64,000 bases of DNA from the NCBI GenBank assembly GCA_964457085.1, contig CAYWDM010000001.1, forward strand, positions 45,082 through 109,081. The letters are read 5' to 3'. The stretch comes from an uncultured Pseudomonadales bacterium (lineage in GTDB: Bacteria > Patescibacteriota > Microgenomatia > UBA1400 > PJMF01). Made by a program: the position numbers and the translations under genes. The notes beneath the pieces were generated by a model. That model did not search any database. It worked only from the letters and a program-made list of their open reading frames with translations, and was not told the origin of the DNA. Below are positions 30,612 to 39,379 of this stretch, piece by piece. Numbering within the stretch: the first letter of the stretch is position 1; each line of letters begins with the position of its first letter.

Positions 30612-32018
30612 CTATCGATGCGGTGCGATTTCTTGCCAAGATTTGTCTGAGACCTTGAGCATTTCAGGGAAATTTGCCATAAATGCGGGTCTAAAACGAA
30701 AAATCTCACTAGAATATTGGCTATTAAGGGTTTTGCCGTCAACTGCGTTATCAAAATTACGACGTAAGACGATGCCATTGCCAACTTGACTCTTATCCCA
30801 AGCCACAAAAGTACCTTCCCCGATAAACTTACGATCGGTCACATCGGGGTCATTATCACTACTGATTGTCAATTGGCCGTCAGTTACCAACACTGCCGAA
30901 ATATTGGCTGTTGCAGTGGCAGGATCAGTACTTATGGTACTGTAGCCAACGTCAGCTGTTACCACCACATTTCCGGAGGTAAAAATTCCTAAGAAAGCGT
31001 CATTAGAGACGGAGGTTAGTTGCGGGGTAGCTGATAAAGAAGTATTGCGAAACTCAAGATCAGCTGGAATAAATAGAGTTACTCGTTTACCACTGTTTAT
31101 GGTAATTGGTGCAGTCCCAGCCACACTTTCATCCAAGATAAACGGTGATGCCCCGGTATAGAGATACATTTGACTGGAGTTAGCGCCCTGCGCAGCGATC
31201 AAAGACTGAAGTTCGCTCAGATTCCCAAACTCAGCTAGTTGATTACGATACGCTTGATAGTAATAGGCATAATCAATTTGAGGGGTCAGCATGCCGGTGG
31301 CGTTGCCATTATCAGCTGAAGTACGATCACCTGTTTGATGGATGTGGGTATCTGAGCCACTTCTGTCACTCTCAATGATGCCCGCAGGTCCCACAGTGGC
31401 AAATCCCACAGAATCAGTACCACTCAAGCCAACCATCATGCTGGGAATACAAGTGCCACTGGCGATACAACTATCAAATGGCACTTTCGAGCGAATTTTA
31501 TACTTGGCATAGATTTGACCGCCATATACCTGCCACCATGCCTCATTAGCATTGAGATCAGTTACAAAAATGTTGACCGTATCATTGGCACCAATCCCAG
31601 CATATTCACAGACATAATCTTGACCACTGGAATAGGGACAACTACAGGCATACAGTGGACCACTATGAGCTGGGGCTGGTGTCGGTAATAGAACGGTGAC
31701 TCGGTAGTCATCAGTTGAAACATCATGGTTAGTAATAACTTTGACCGAGTCAGAAATAGAAGTAGCTGGAAAAGTTTGATTTAGACTCGCAGAAAATGCA
31801 CTAGCAGTGGTGCCGACTACATCCTGAGCAGTTGGGGGAGCACCAAATTGTTGACACATGCCACCAGTCACAGTGCTATCGAGAGGATCGTTATAGAGGT
31901 TGATCTGAATAACAGGAGTGGGAGTCTGAGCTTGCACTAGAGGCAGCAAGACCGAGCTTGACGAGATACTCGTTAAAACCAGCAAACACCAAAAAACTTG
32001 ACCGAGATGTCGGTGCAT
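30612..32018 (-). CDS. Secreted Ser/Thr/Gly-rich protein, unknown function (putative surface or pilus-associated)
   Basis: Signal peptide ending VQA-Q; several Cys; beta-rich C-terminus ending SWQEIAP. Confidence 0.75.
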   Translation of the reverse strand: MHRHLGQVFWCLLVLTSISSSSVLLPLVQAQTPTPVIQINLYNDPLDSTVTGGMCQQFGAPPTAQDVVGTTASAFSASLNQTFPATSISDSVKVITNHDVSTDDYRVTVLLPTPAPAHSGPLYACSCPYSSGQDYVCEYAGIGANDTVNIFVTDLNANEAWWQVYGGQIYAKYKIRSKVPFDSCIASGTCIPSMMVGLSGTDSVGFATVGPAGIIESDRSGSDTHIHQTGDRTSADNGNATGMLTPQIDYAYYYQAYRNQLAEFGNLSELQSLIAAQGANSSQMYLYTGASPFILDESVAGTAPITINSGKRVTLFIPADLEFRNTSLSATPQLTSVSNDAFLGIFTSGNVVVTADVGYSTISTDPATATANISAVLVTDGQLTISSDNDPDVTDRKFIGEGTFVAWDKSQVGNGIVLRRNFDNAVDGKTLNSQYSSEIFRFRPAFMANFPEMLKVSDKSWQEIAPHR

Positions 32019-32128
32019 GAGAGTAGTATGGAGGATGTGGAGTGGGGAAGCAATTAAGAAACATGGTTCTTAAAACCTCTGCAACAAACAGTAGTAGCAA
32101 AATAGCAATCACTCAGTCGCAACAGTTT

Positions 32129-32369
32129 AGTTTTTGCTACAATGAGTGAGCCATGACCCAAGATACAGATATTGCCATCAAGATAGATCACGTTAGCAAG
32201 CTTTTTCATAAGCAGAAACAACGTACCTTTAAAGAGCTTGTCCCTGCATTACTTGGTGGTGAAAAAGCAGTCGACAGTTTTTGGGGACTATAAGATGTCA
32301 ATCTTTAGATAAAGAGGCGAGATAGTCGAAATAATTGGTCTAACCAAAGTGGTAAAAGTACTTGTTAAA
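32129..32369 (+). repeat. Diverged direct repeat, copy 1 (copy 2 = 38221-~38465)
   Basis: Identical 16-mer AGTTTTTGCTACAATG starts 24 nt before the ATG in both copies, followed by homologous wzt sequence. Confidence 0.9.
32153..32369 (+). pseudogene. wzt: Decayed 5' fragment of wzt
   Basis: First 46 codons are 41/46 identical to Wzt at 38245. TAA at 32291 replaces CAA, then TAG and indels run through the Walker A remnant (GTGGTAAAAGTAC). Confidence 0.92.
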
Positions 32370-32392
32370 TTCAATTATGTACTTGAACTATA

Positions 32393-33151
32393 ATGCAAAA
32401 TAATTCTTTAATTAATGACGCTAGCTATCTACATTGGGACAGTGTTTTTTTCGGTTATTCAATAGCAAAGGTTCAGAATAACGAGATAAATGATCAAGAA
32501 CTCAGTATTTTTATAAACGACCTATTTAAAAAGAATTACAAACTTGTTTATTTCTTTGATGAATCCATGTCTAGGGTAAGCACACAAGACCTATCAGACT
32601 TAAATGGAAAGTTGGTTGATACCAAAGTAATATATTCAAAATTACTGGTTAATGGTAATCGTTTTATTAATTCTTCTAACTACGAGTCCTATCTTCATCA
32701 CGCTTCAAACCAGCGACTTCTCAGTTTAGCACTTCAGAGTGGCAAACATTCAAGATATTACACCGACGCTAACTTTAAAAAAAATGAATATATCAAACTT
32801 TATTCAACTTGGTTGCATAAATCACTTGAGGGATCAATTGCTGATGAAATATACATTCACAAGTGTGGTACAAAAGAGGTGGGATTAATAACACTAAAAC
32901 TTAATAAGAAGATAGCAGAAATTGGGTTGCTTTCTGTTGATGTTAATTATCGAAGGAAGCATATCGCTTCAAATTTAATGAGTGGAGTTATCAACTTTGC
33001 AAGTAGCCGCAATTGCCGTTCGATTGAAGTTGCCACACAACAATCAAATTTGGAAGCATGTGGTTTTTATGAAAAACAAGGATTTTCAAAAATAAAGGTA
33101 ATAAATATTTATCATTTTTGGAACCAAAATAATGAAAAAAATTCCATTTAA
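32393..33151 (+). CDS. WecD/RffC-like GNAT acetyltransferase (dTDP-4-amino sugar N-acetyltransferase)
   Basis: LHWDSVFFG, SRYYTD, LYSTW, IGLLSV..YRRKHIA, VATQQSN..FYEKQGF; adjacent to wecE. Confidence 0.8.
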   Translation: MQNNSLINDASYLHWDSVFFGYSIAKVQNNEINDQELSIFINDLFKKNYKLVYFFDESMSRVSTQDLSDLNGKLVDTKVIYSKLLVNGNRFINSSNYESYLHHASNQRLLSLALQSGKHSRYYTDANFKKNEYIKLYSTWLHKSLEGSIADEIYIHKCGTKEVGLITLKLNKKIAEIGLLSVDVNYRRKHIASNLMSGVINFASSRNCRSIEVATQQSNLEACGFYEKQGFSKIKVINIYHFWNQNNEKNSI

Positions 33152-34283
33152 TTCACCACATCTAGCAGGAAAAGAATTCGAATATGTTTCTAATGCATAT
33201 AGAAGTGGACATCTTGCTGGTGGAGGTGAATATACCAAGTTAGCTCAAAGTTTTCTCGAGAAGAAGCTTAAATGTAAAAAAGTATTGCTTACGCATTCCT
33301 GCACTGCAGCACTTGAAATGTCAGCAATCTTAGCAAATGTTATGCCAGGCGATGAGGTCATTATGCCTTCTTTCACATTTGTTTCCACGGCCAACGCCTT
33401 TGTGTTAAGGGGAGCAATTCCTGTTTTTATTGACATCAAAAAAGATACGCTCAATATGGATGAAAAATTAATTGAAGCAGCAATAACCTCCAAAACAAAA
33501 GCTATTGCTCCTGTTCATTATGCGGGTGTCGGATGTGAAATGGACTCAATTATGGCCATAGCTAAATCAAATAATTTAATGGTTATTGAGGATGCTGCTC
33601 AGGCATACTTATCCAAATATAATAATGAAAACTTAGGTACTATTGGAAATTTAGCGGCTCTTAGTTTTCATGAAACAAAAAATGTGATCTCCGGAGAAGG
33701 AGGAGCACTCCTGATAAACGATGAATCAATATTTGAACGTGCAGAAATTATTTGGGAAAAAGGCACTAATAGATCAAAATTTTTTAGAGGTCAAGTAGAT
33801 AAATATACATGGGTAGACGTTGGATCATCATTTTTGCCAAGTGAAATTATGGCTGCCTTCTTACTTGCTCAATTGGAGAAGGGTGAATTAATTACTCGAA
33901 AGAGATTAAAACTTTGGAATAGGTATGATGAGAAACTAAAAAAATTGCAAGCTTTGGGTCTAATAAAGCTTCCAAGAATTCCAGCAAATACGTCTCAAAA
34001 TGCTCATATTTACTACATTATTTTAAAAAACCTTGAAGTGAGACAAAAACTCATTAGTTACTTAAATAGTCTGGGAATCATGTCTGTGTTTCATTATATT
34101 CCACTTCACTCGTCTCCAGCTGGATTAAGATTTGGCAAAATTGGTTCAAAAATGGATGAAACTGATTCAATTTCAAATACACTTTTGCGACTACCACTGT
34201 TTTTTGATTTAAAGCTTCACGATCAAGATAGAGTTGTAGATGCGGTATATAAGTATTTTGGAGTAACAAATCTCAACACCTAA
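33132..34283 (+). CDS. wecE: dTDP-4-amino-4,6-dideoxygalactose transaminase
   Basis: IPFN, SCTAALEM, EDAAQ, SFHETKN, EKGTNRS.FFRGQVDKYTWVD.GSS, FHYIPLHSSP. Confidence 0.9.
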   Translation: MKKIPFNSPHLAGKEFEYVSNAYRSGHLAGGGEYTKLAQSFLEKKLKCKKVLLTHSCTAALEMSAILANVMPGDEVIMPSFTFVSTANAFVLRGAIPVFIDIKKDTLNMDEKLIEAAITSKTKAIAPVHYAGVGCEMDSIMAIAKSNNLMVIEDAAQAYLSKYNNENLGTIGNLAALSFHETKNVISGEGGALLINDESIFERAEIIWEKGTNRSKFFRGQVDKYTWVDVGSSFLPSEIMAAFLLAQLEKGELITRKRLKLWNRYDEKLKKLQALGLIKLPRIPANTSQNAHIYYIILKNLEVRQKLISYLNSLGIMSVFHYIPLHSSPAGLRFGKIGSKMDETDSISNTLLRLPLFFDLKLHDQDRVVDAVYKYFGVTNLNT

Positions 34284-34284
34284 T

Positions 34285-35214
34285 TTAAAATCCTAGCTTT
34301 TTTTCAACAATATATAGAGGTCGACGCTTAGACTCTAAATAGTTTCTGCCAAGATATTCTCCCATAATACCAAGAATTACCATCTGGATTCCGTTAAAAA
34401 AAATGATTAAAACAATTAAGGAAGCCCATCCAAGTATAGGAATTCCAAAAAAAAGTTTTCGATAAATGACAACGAATGCTAGAATTGCCGACAACATAAC
34501 CGTTAAAAAACCCAATCTACTTGCTAACTTCAAAGGATAATCCGTAAAAGATGAAATCGCATTCAGTGCTAATATGAATTGTTTAGAAAAGCTATATTTT
34601 GATTGGCCACTATATCTTTTCCCATGTGTAACTGGTTGACCTATATGTCTAAAGCCTACCCATCCAATTAATCCAACAAGATATCTGTTGTTTTCCCTAA
34701 ACTCTCTTAAGCTGTCTACCACCTGTTTCGTCATTATTCTAAAAATTGTAGAATTAATTACGATTTTTTCAGTCATCATGCTTTTTATAATTACATTAAA
34801 TATCTCAGAAGTAAATTTCTTAAAAAAGCCAAATTGTTTATTAATTCTGACCCCGTAAACAACGTCATACCCATCCTTAAGTTTATTAAATAGCAGAATA
34901 ATATCTTCAGGTCTGTCCTGTAAATCACCATCCATCATAACCACATAGTCGCCACTGGCATGATCTAATCCAGCTGTAATTGCTACGTGATGACCAAAAT
35001 TTCTAGAAAATTTAACTATTTTGACTCTCTTATCATTTTTATTTAAATCCTGAAGATATTTGAAGGTTTGATCTGAACTACCATCATCTACCATAATCAT
35101 TTCCCAGTCTAAATCCGGAAAATCTTTTATCATTGCATTTTTAACCCTCTTATATAAAACCTGAATAATTGAGTCATCATTAAAATTAGGAATTACAATA
35201 GAAATCATTTTCAT
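34285..35214 (-). CDS. GT2 polyprenol-phosphate glycosyltransferase (GtrB/ArnC-like)
   Basis: VDDGSSD, FSRNFGH, MDGDLQD, GYDVVYG, two C-terminal TM, GEYLGR..ESKRRPLYIV. Confidence 0.9.
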   Translation of the reverse strand: MKMISIVIPNFNDDSIIQVLYKRVKNAMIKDFPDLDWEMIMVDDGSSDQTFKYLQDLNKNDKRVKIVKFSRNFGHHVAITAGLDHASGDYVVMMDGDLQDRPEDIILLFNKLKDGYDVVYGVRINKQFGFFKKFTSEIFNVIIKSMMTEKIVINSTIFRIMTKQVVDSLREFRENNRYLVGLIGWVGFRHIGQPVTHGKRYSGQSKYSFSKQFILALNAISSFTDYPLKLASRLGFLTVMLSAILAFVVIYRKLFFGIPILGWASLIVLIIFFNGIQMVILGIMGEYLGRNYLESKRRPLYIVEKKLGF

Positions 35215-35279
35215 AAGCTTTTTTTTGTGATTTATTGGGTACCTCGATTGTTAATATATATCCAATGAGATTAGTTTAT

Positions 35280-36968
35280 TCACTTTATTTCAAGTATGTT
35301 TTTTTTTGGAATGTTAACCGAGATATCGTAATTCCATATATACAAAAATTTGTTTTTTTCAAATTCGATGGCTTCATTTTCCAATCCAAATTGATCGCGC
35401 ATTTCAACAATATCACAGCTGGACGTATTACTTTGCTTACTTTTATCAACGTAAACAAATGTTTTTTGGATGTTAGCGTCTGGTTCATACCATTTTTTGT
35501 ATGAAAACCAATAGTAAGGAATCACTTTTCCCCAATCGCACAAAATGGAACGAATAACAATAGTATTTCTAGAATAATAGGTATTGTTAGAAGAATCCCA
35601 ATATCCAGCAAACCCTTTCTTTAATGACTTTTTGTTTAATAAGTCAATCAAAGTAATATTTGCGTCTAACCTATTATATTCATTAAAGCGCTTTAGTTCA
35701 TCTTTTAGAGTATTTAAAAATGAATGTGTATTTATCAACAAATGGACAATCATTAATAAATACAATATCACTTTAAGTCTATTATAAGATGTTAATGCCA
35801 CTGCAAGGAATTGATAAATAACCAGATACATTGTCACTACAAGTAAAATGTGGTATCTGATTGTTTCACCTCCAGCTACGGGTCTGGCACTAAAAACATA
35901 AATTACACAACTAAAAATCGGCAATGAACACAGAAAAAAATGAAATGGGTTGTTATTTCTAATCGATTTATACAAAATAAATATAATTCCAAAAAGAAAC
36001 AAAGTAATAACAAGAATATTTAATGCCGAGCTAAAACTAATCATTGACAGCATTTGTCTTCCAAAAAAATTCCTAAAAGGAATTAATGCATTAATATCAT
36101 TAAAAAATATTCCTATATTTGAGCCTAATTTATCCAAAGTTACAAACATGCTGGACTCGTCATACATGACAGCAATGTATTTAGAAAAAAACATTCTCAA
36201 TAAACTCGATAAAAATATGCACATTAATGAGTAGACAGATATCCTAAGTATGCTAAATTTTGCTCGATTACTTAATAAAAAAAAGATAAAGTTTACCAAT
36301 GCTAGAGGGATCAAAATCATGTAAGTGATAAATGGGTCACCAAAGGCTTGTAGCAATAATAATGTTAAACATATTAGCGTTTTAGTTCCGATTCTAATTT
36401 TTTCGCCTTTAGGATAAATAATTTCTTCGTATAAACTATAAATTGCTAATAATATTAGAGGAATATCCTTTCTGAACATTGCAGCATCAATTAGATAAAT
36501 AAGAGGGCCTAGTAAGGTTGAGATGATAATCAGCAATAACAAGTAGTTAGATATCTGACTTTTTTTAAATGTAAAGATCTTCTTAACGAGAACCCCAAGT
36601 GCGAAAACATTCACAAAAGTTTGAAAAAAGATGACTAGAAAAAACGTTTTGTAGCTTATTCCAAATATTAAATAAATTGGAATCATATAAAACATCACTT
36701 GAAATAGCAAAGGTGTAGGAGGCATTAAGTAAACACCAAAATTGCCTCGCATTAACTCATCAAATAAGAGATAATAAGCAGCCCAATCACTTTGAAAGAT
36801 TGCTCCACTGGAAATATAAAATGAGTAGAGTAAACCAATGCAAATTAAGCCTAAATAAAAAAGTGAAATATTAGAAACTCTTTTAGAAGCTACATGAATG
36901 AAATAAATTAAGCTAGATACCAACCTCTGCATATCAGGTATAATACTGATTAAATTTCGAAACATCAA
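35280..36968 (-). CDS. Polytopic membrane protein, probable GT-C transferase
   Basis: About 11 TM; QSD in first loop, RY after late TMs, C-terminal soluble domain with GFAGYW; upstream of the GtrB-like gene. Confidence 0.55.
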   Translation of the reverse strand: MMFRNLISIIPDMQRLVSSLIYFIHVASKRVSNISLFYLGLICIGLLYSFYISSGAIFQSDWAAYYLLFDELMRGNFGVYLMPPTPLLFQVMFYMIPIYLIFGISYKTFFLVIFFQTFVNVFALGVLVKKIFTFKKSQISNYLLLLIIISTLLGPLIYLIDAAMFRKDIPLILLAIYSLYEEIIYPKGEKIRIGTKTLICLTLLLLQAFGDPFITYMILIPLALVNFIFFLLSNRAKFSILRISVYSLMCIFLSSLLRMFFSKYIAVMYDESSMFVTLDKLGSNIGIFFNDINALIPFRNFFGRQMLSMISFSSALNILVITLFLFGIIFILYKSIRNNNPFHFFLCSLPIFSCVIYVFSARPVAGGETIRYHILLVVTMYLVIYQFLAVALTSYNRLKVILYLLMIVHLLINTHSFLNTLKDELKRFNEYNRLDANITLIDLLNKKSLKKGFAGYWDSSNNTYYSRNTIVIRSILCDWGKVIPYYWFSYKKWYEPDANIQKTFVYVDKSKQSNTSSCDIVEMRDQFGLENEAIEFEKNKFLYIWNYDISVNIPKKNILEIK

Positions 36969-37031
36969 GATGTGCTGTTACAGCAAAATAACTTGAATTA
37001 ATTCAAAAAAGACCAAAAGTAAAAATACTAT

Positions 37032-37904
37032 ATGCTAACCTCACATATCTGCCAAGAACGAGACTTTGAAGAAGAGTGGTTTGCCAAAAGTTCTAAGGTA
37101 ATGTATAGCTCATTTCAAAGATACATGAGAGATTTCAAGAAAGCAAATAAACTTAAAATCAAATTACCGATCCTTTATCACAGAAAAATGTGGGAGTTTT
37201 GTTATATTTATCAGGCTTTACTTGAAAACAAAAAATTAGGACCTGATAACATTGGTTTGGGTTTTGGAGTCGGCAAAGAGCCTCTCGCATCTATATTTGC
37301 CTCCCTTGGCTGTGGAATAGTTGCAACTGATCTTGAGCCAGTTTTAGCTAATAAGTTGGGTTGGTCAAAGTCTAATCAGCACTCATCTTCACTCGTTGAT
37401 TTAAACATGTATAAGATATGTCCAAAGGAAAGTTTTAATCGTTTGGTTTCGTTTGAAAATGTCAATATGAACCTAATCCCTAAAAAGTTTAGTCGCAAAT
37501 TTGACTTTACATGGTCGTCATGCTCTTTAGAGCATTGTGGGAACTTGGAGCTAGCAGAAGATTTTATTGTTAATCAGCTTGATTGCTTAAAAGATGACGG
37601 TATAGCAGTTCATACGACGGAATTCAATCTGTCATCTAACACGGACACATTAACTGAAGGGGAAACAATTATTTTTAGAAAAATAGACATTGATCGAATT
37701 GTGAACAAATTACAAAAAATGGGTGCTCAAATTACAATTGATTATTCAGTCACTCAAAATGATAGGTTTTCACATTCAAATACTGATTTTCCACCATATA
37801 CCCATAATCCTCACCTCAAACTTGAGCTAGGAAATTGGATATCTACATCAATAGGCTTAATTATCAAAAAAAAGAAAAACTTTTTTCAAATTTTCCACTG
37901 GTAA
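37032..37904 (+). CDS. Class I SAM-dependent methyltransferase-like protein
   Basis: LGFGVGKE (motif I variant), VATD, VNMN, FDFTWSSCSLEH, LKDDG. Confidence 0.7.
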   Translation: MLTSHICQERDFEEEWFAKSSKVMYSSFQRYMRDFKKANKLKIKLPILYHRKMWEFCYIYQALLENKKLGPDNIGLGFGVGKEPLASIFASLGCGIVATDLEPVLANKLGWSKSNQHSSSLVDLNMYKICPKESFNRLVSFENVNMNLIPKKFSRKFDFTWSSCSLEHCGNLELAEDFIVNQLDCLKDDGIAVHTTEFNLSSNTDTLTEGETIIFRKIDIDRIVNKLQKMGAQITIDYSVTQNDRFSHSNTDFPPYTHNPHLKLELGNWISTSIGLIIKKKKNFFQIFHW

Positions 37905-38226
37905 AGTTTAATCATAGATAATTACCCAAACTTACATTAAGTATATTATTTCATTACAGGGACTAAATTGAATTCGAACTCACTATCCTCAAAGGAAAAA
38001 TTCTGCTTCGTATCATTTTTATATTCTTAAGTGTCTCTTTTGCAACTAACAATTAGAGATTTGTTTATTAAACCTCTTAGAATACACTTAAAGAATACAA
38101 ATTGCCTGCACAGCAGATTTAAGTCGAGAAGACAATCAATCAGATTGACACTATAGTGTTTTTTTCAATAAACTTTTACAACCATACCAACGAAACTAAT
38201 CTTCACAGTAGAATTTGCAGAGTTTT

Positions 38227-38235
38227 TGCTACAAT
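38227..38235 (+). promoter_or_regulatory. Extended -10 element for wzt (identical copy at 32135-32143)
   Basis: TGcTACAAT ending 9 nt before the ATG in both wzt copies. Confidence 0.6.
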
Positions 38236-38244
38236 GGATACGTC

Positions 38245-38952
38245 ATGACCCAAGATACAGACTTAGCTATCAAAATAAATCACGTTAGCAAACTTTTTCA
38301 TAAACAGAAACAGCGTACTTTTAAAGAACTCATCCCTGCATTACTTGGTGGTGAAAAAGCAATTGATAGTTTTTGGGCACTACAAGATATAAATCTGGAG
38401 ATTAAAAAAGGCGAGACAGTAGGAATTATTGGACCCAATGGTAGTGGTAAAAGTACACTACTAAAGTTAATTGCTGGAGTAAGCAACCCCACAAAAGGCA
38501 CAATTACCGTCAATGGTCGAATTGCCCCGCTGATTGAACTCGGAGCAGGATTTCACCCAGAACTTACTGGTCGTGAGAATGTGTTTATGAATGGAGTTAT
38601 TCTAGGAATGTCTAGGAAGGAAATTGAATTAAAATTCAACCAAATAGTCGATTTTGCTGAACTATGGGAGTTTATTGATCAGCCAGTCAAACACTATAGC
38701 AGCGGCATGTACTTGAGGCTGGCATTTGCGGTGGCGATTCATACTGAACCGGAAATACTACTGGTGGATGAGATTTTAGCGGTAGGAGATGCTGCTTTTC
38801 AGGAGAAATGTTTTAACGTAGTCAAAAGATTTCAAAAAATGAAAATTACAATCATCATTGTCTCACACAACATAAGTCAAATTAACAATTTCTGTTCTAC
38901 AATAGTGAGACTAAATTTAGGAAAAACTATCAATGTCGAGAACAGAAATTGA
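38245..38952 (+). CDS. wzt: ABC polysaccharide export ATPase, no C-terminal carbohydrate-binding domain
   Basis: GPNGSGKST, GAGFHPELTGREN, YSSGM, LLVDEILAVGD, VSH. Confidence 0.93.
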   Translation: MTQDTDLAIKINHVSKLFHKQKQRTFKELIPALLGGEKAIDSFWALQDINLEIKKGETVGIIGPNGSGKSTLLKLIAGVSNPTKGTITVNGRIAPLIELGAGFHPELTGRENVFMNGVILGMSRKEIELKFNQIVDFAELWEFIDQPVKHYSSGMYLRLAFAVAIHTEPEILLVDEILAVGDAAFQEKCFNVVKRFQKMKITIIIVSHNISQINNFCSTIVRLNLGKTINVENRN

Positions 38953-39379
38953 AAATCAAATTAAGAATTCATCTTTAAAACTAATTATGGAGATGTCTTT
39001 AGCTCTTAAAAATAATTCTGTGAAAAAATCTTTTTCTCCTCAAGATGACAAGATTTTTTCTCAATTAGTAACTGAACTAGAAGCTAATTTTTACTCCTTT
39101 AAAAGGAGCGATGACCTAAAAAAACCATTTAGTCCTCTTAGAAGCTTGGTATATGAGTACCTATTTAGATATCTACGGAAACAAATACTATTTAACCAAG
39201 CCACCAAAGAGTCACTTAAACTGCTTGCAGCCAGAACATTAAGTTTTCCTATGAATGAGGTGTATGAACTAAAAAAAGAAAACGAATTGTTAAAATCAGA
39301 AATTGAAAGCATAAAAAAAGTACTTTCAAAGCTTGAAAGTACTCAAAGTAAAAATCGACGCTATATTAATCGCATATGA
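38933..39379 (+). CDS. Hypothetical helical/coiled-coil protein
   Basis: Overlaps both wzt and the next GT4 gene; C-terminal heptads VYELKKENELLKSEIESIKKVL. Confidence 0.7.
   Translation: MSRTEIENQIKNSSLKLIMEMSLALKNNSVKKSFSPQDDKIFSQLVTELEANFYSFKRSDDLKKPFSPLRSLVYEYLFRYLRKQILFNQATKESLKLLAARTLSFPMNEVYELKKENELLKSEIESIKKVLSKLESTQSKNRRYINRI

Noticed and set aside
32393-34283. Enterobacterial common antigen locus
   Set aside because: Only wecD/wecE-like genes are present; wecA/B/C/F/G, wzyE and wzzE were not seen.
38022-38097. Imperfect inverted repeat TATTCTTAAGTGT...ACACTTAAAGAATA, with faint similarity to 32067-32095
   Set aside because: AT-rich, 49-nt spacer, no target-site duplication or transposase; too weak to call a MITE or ncRNA.
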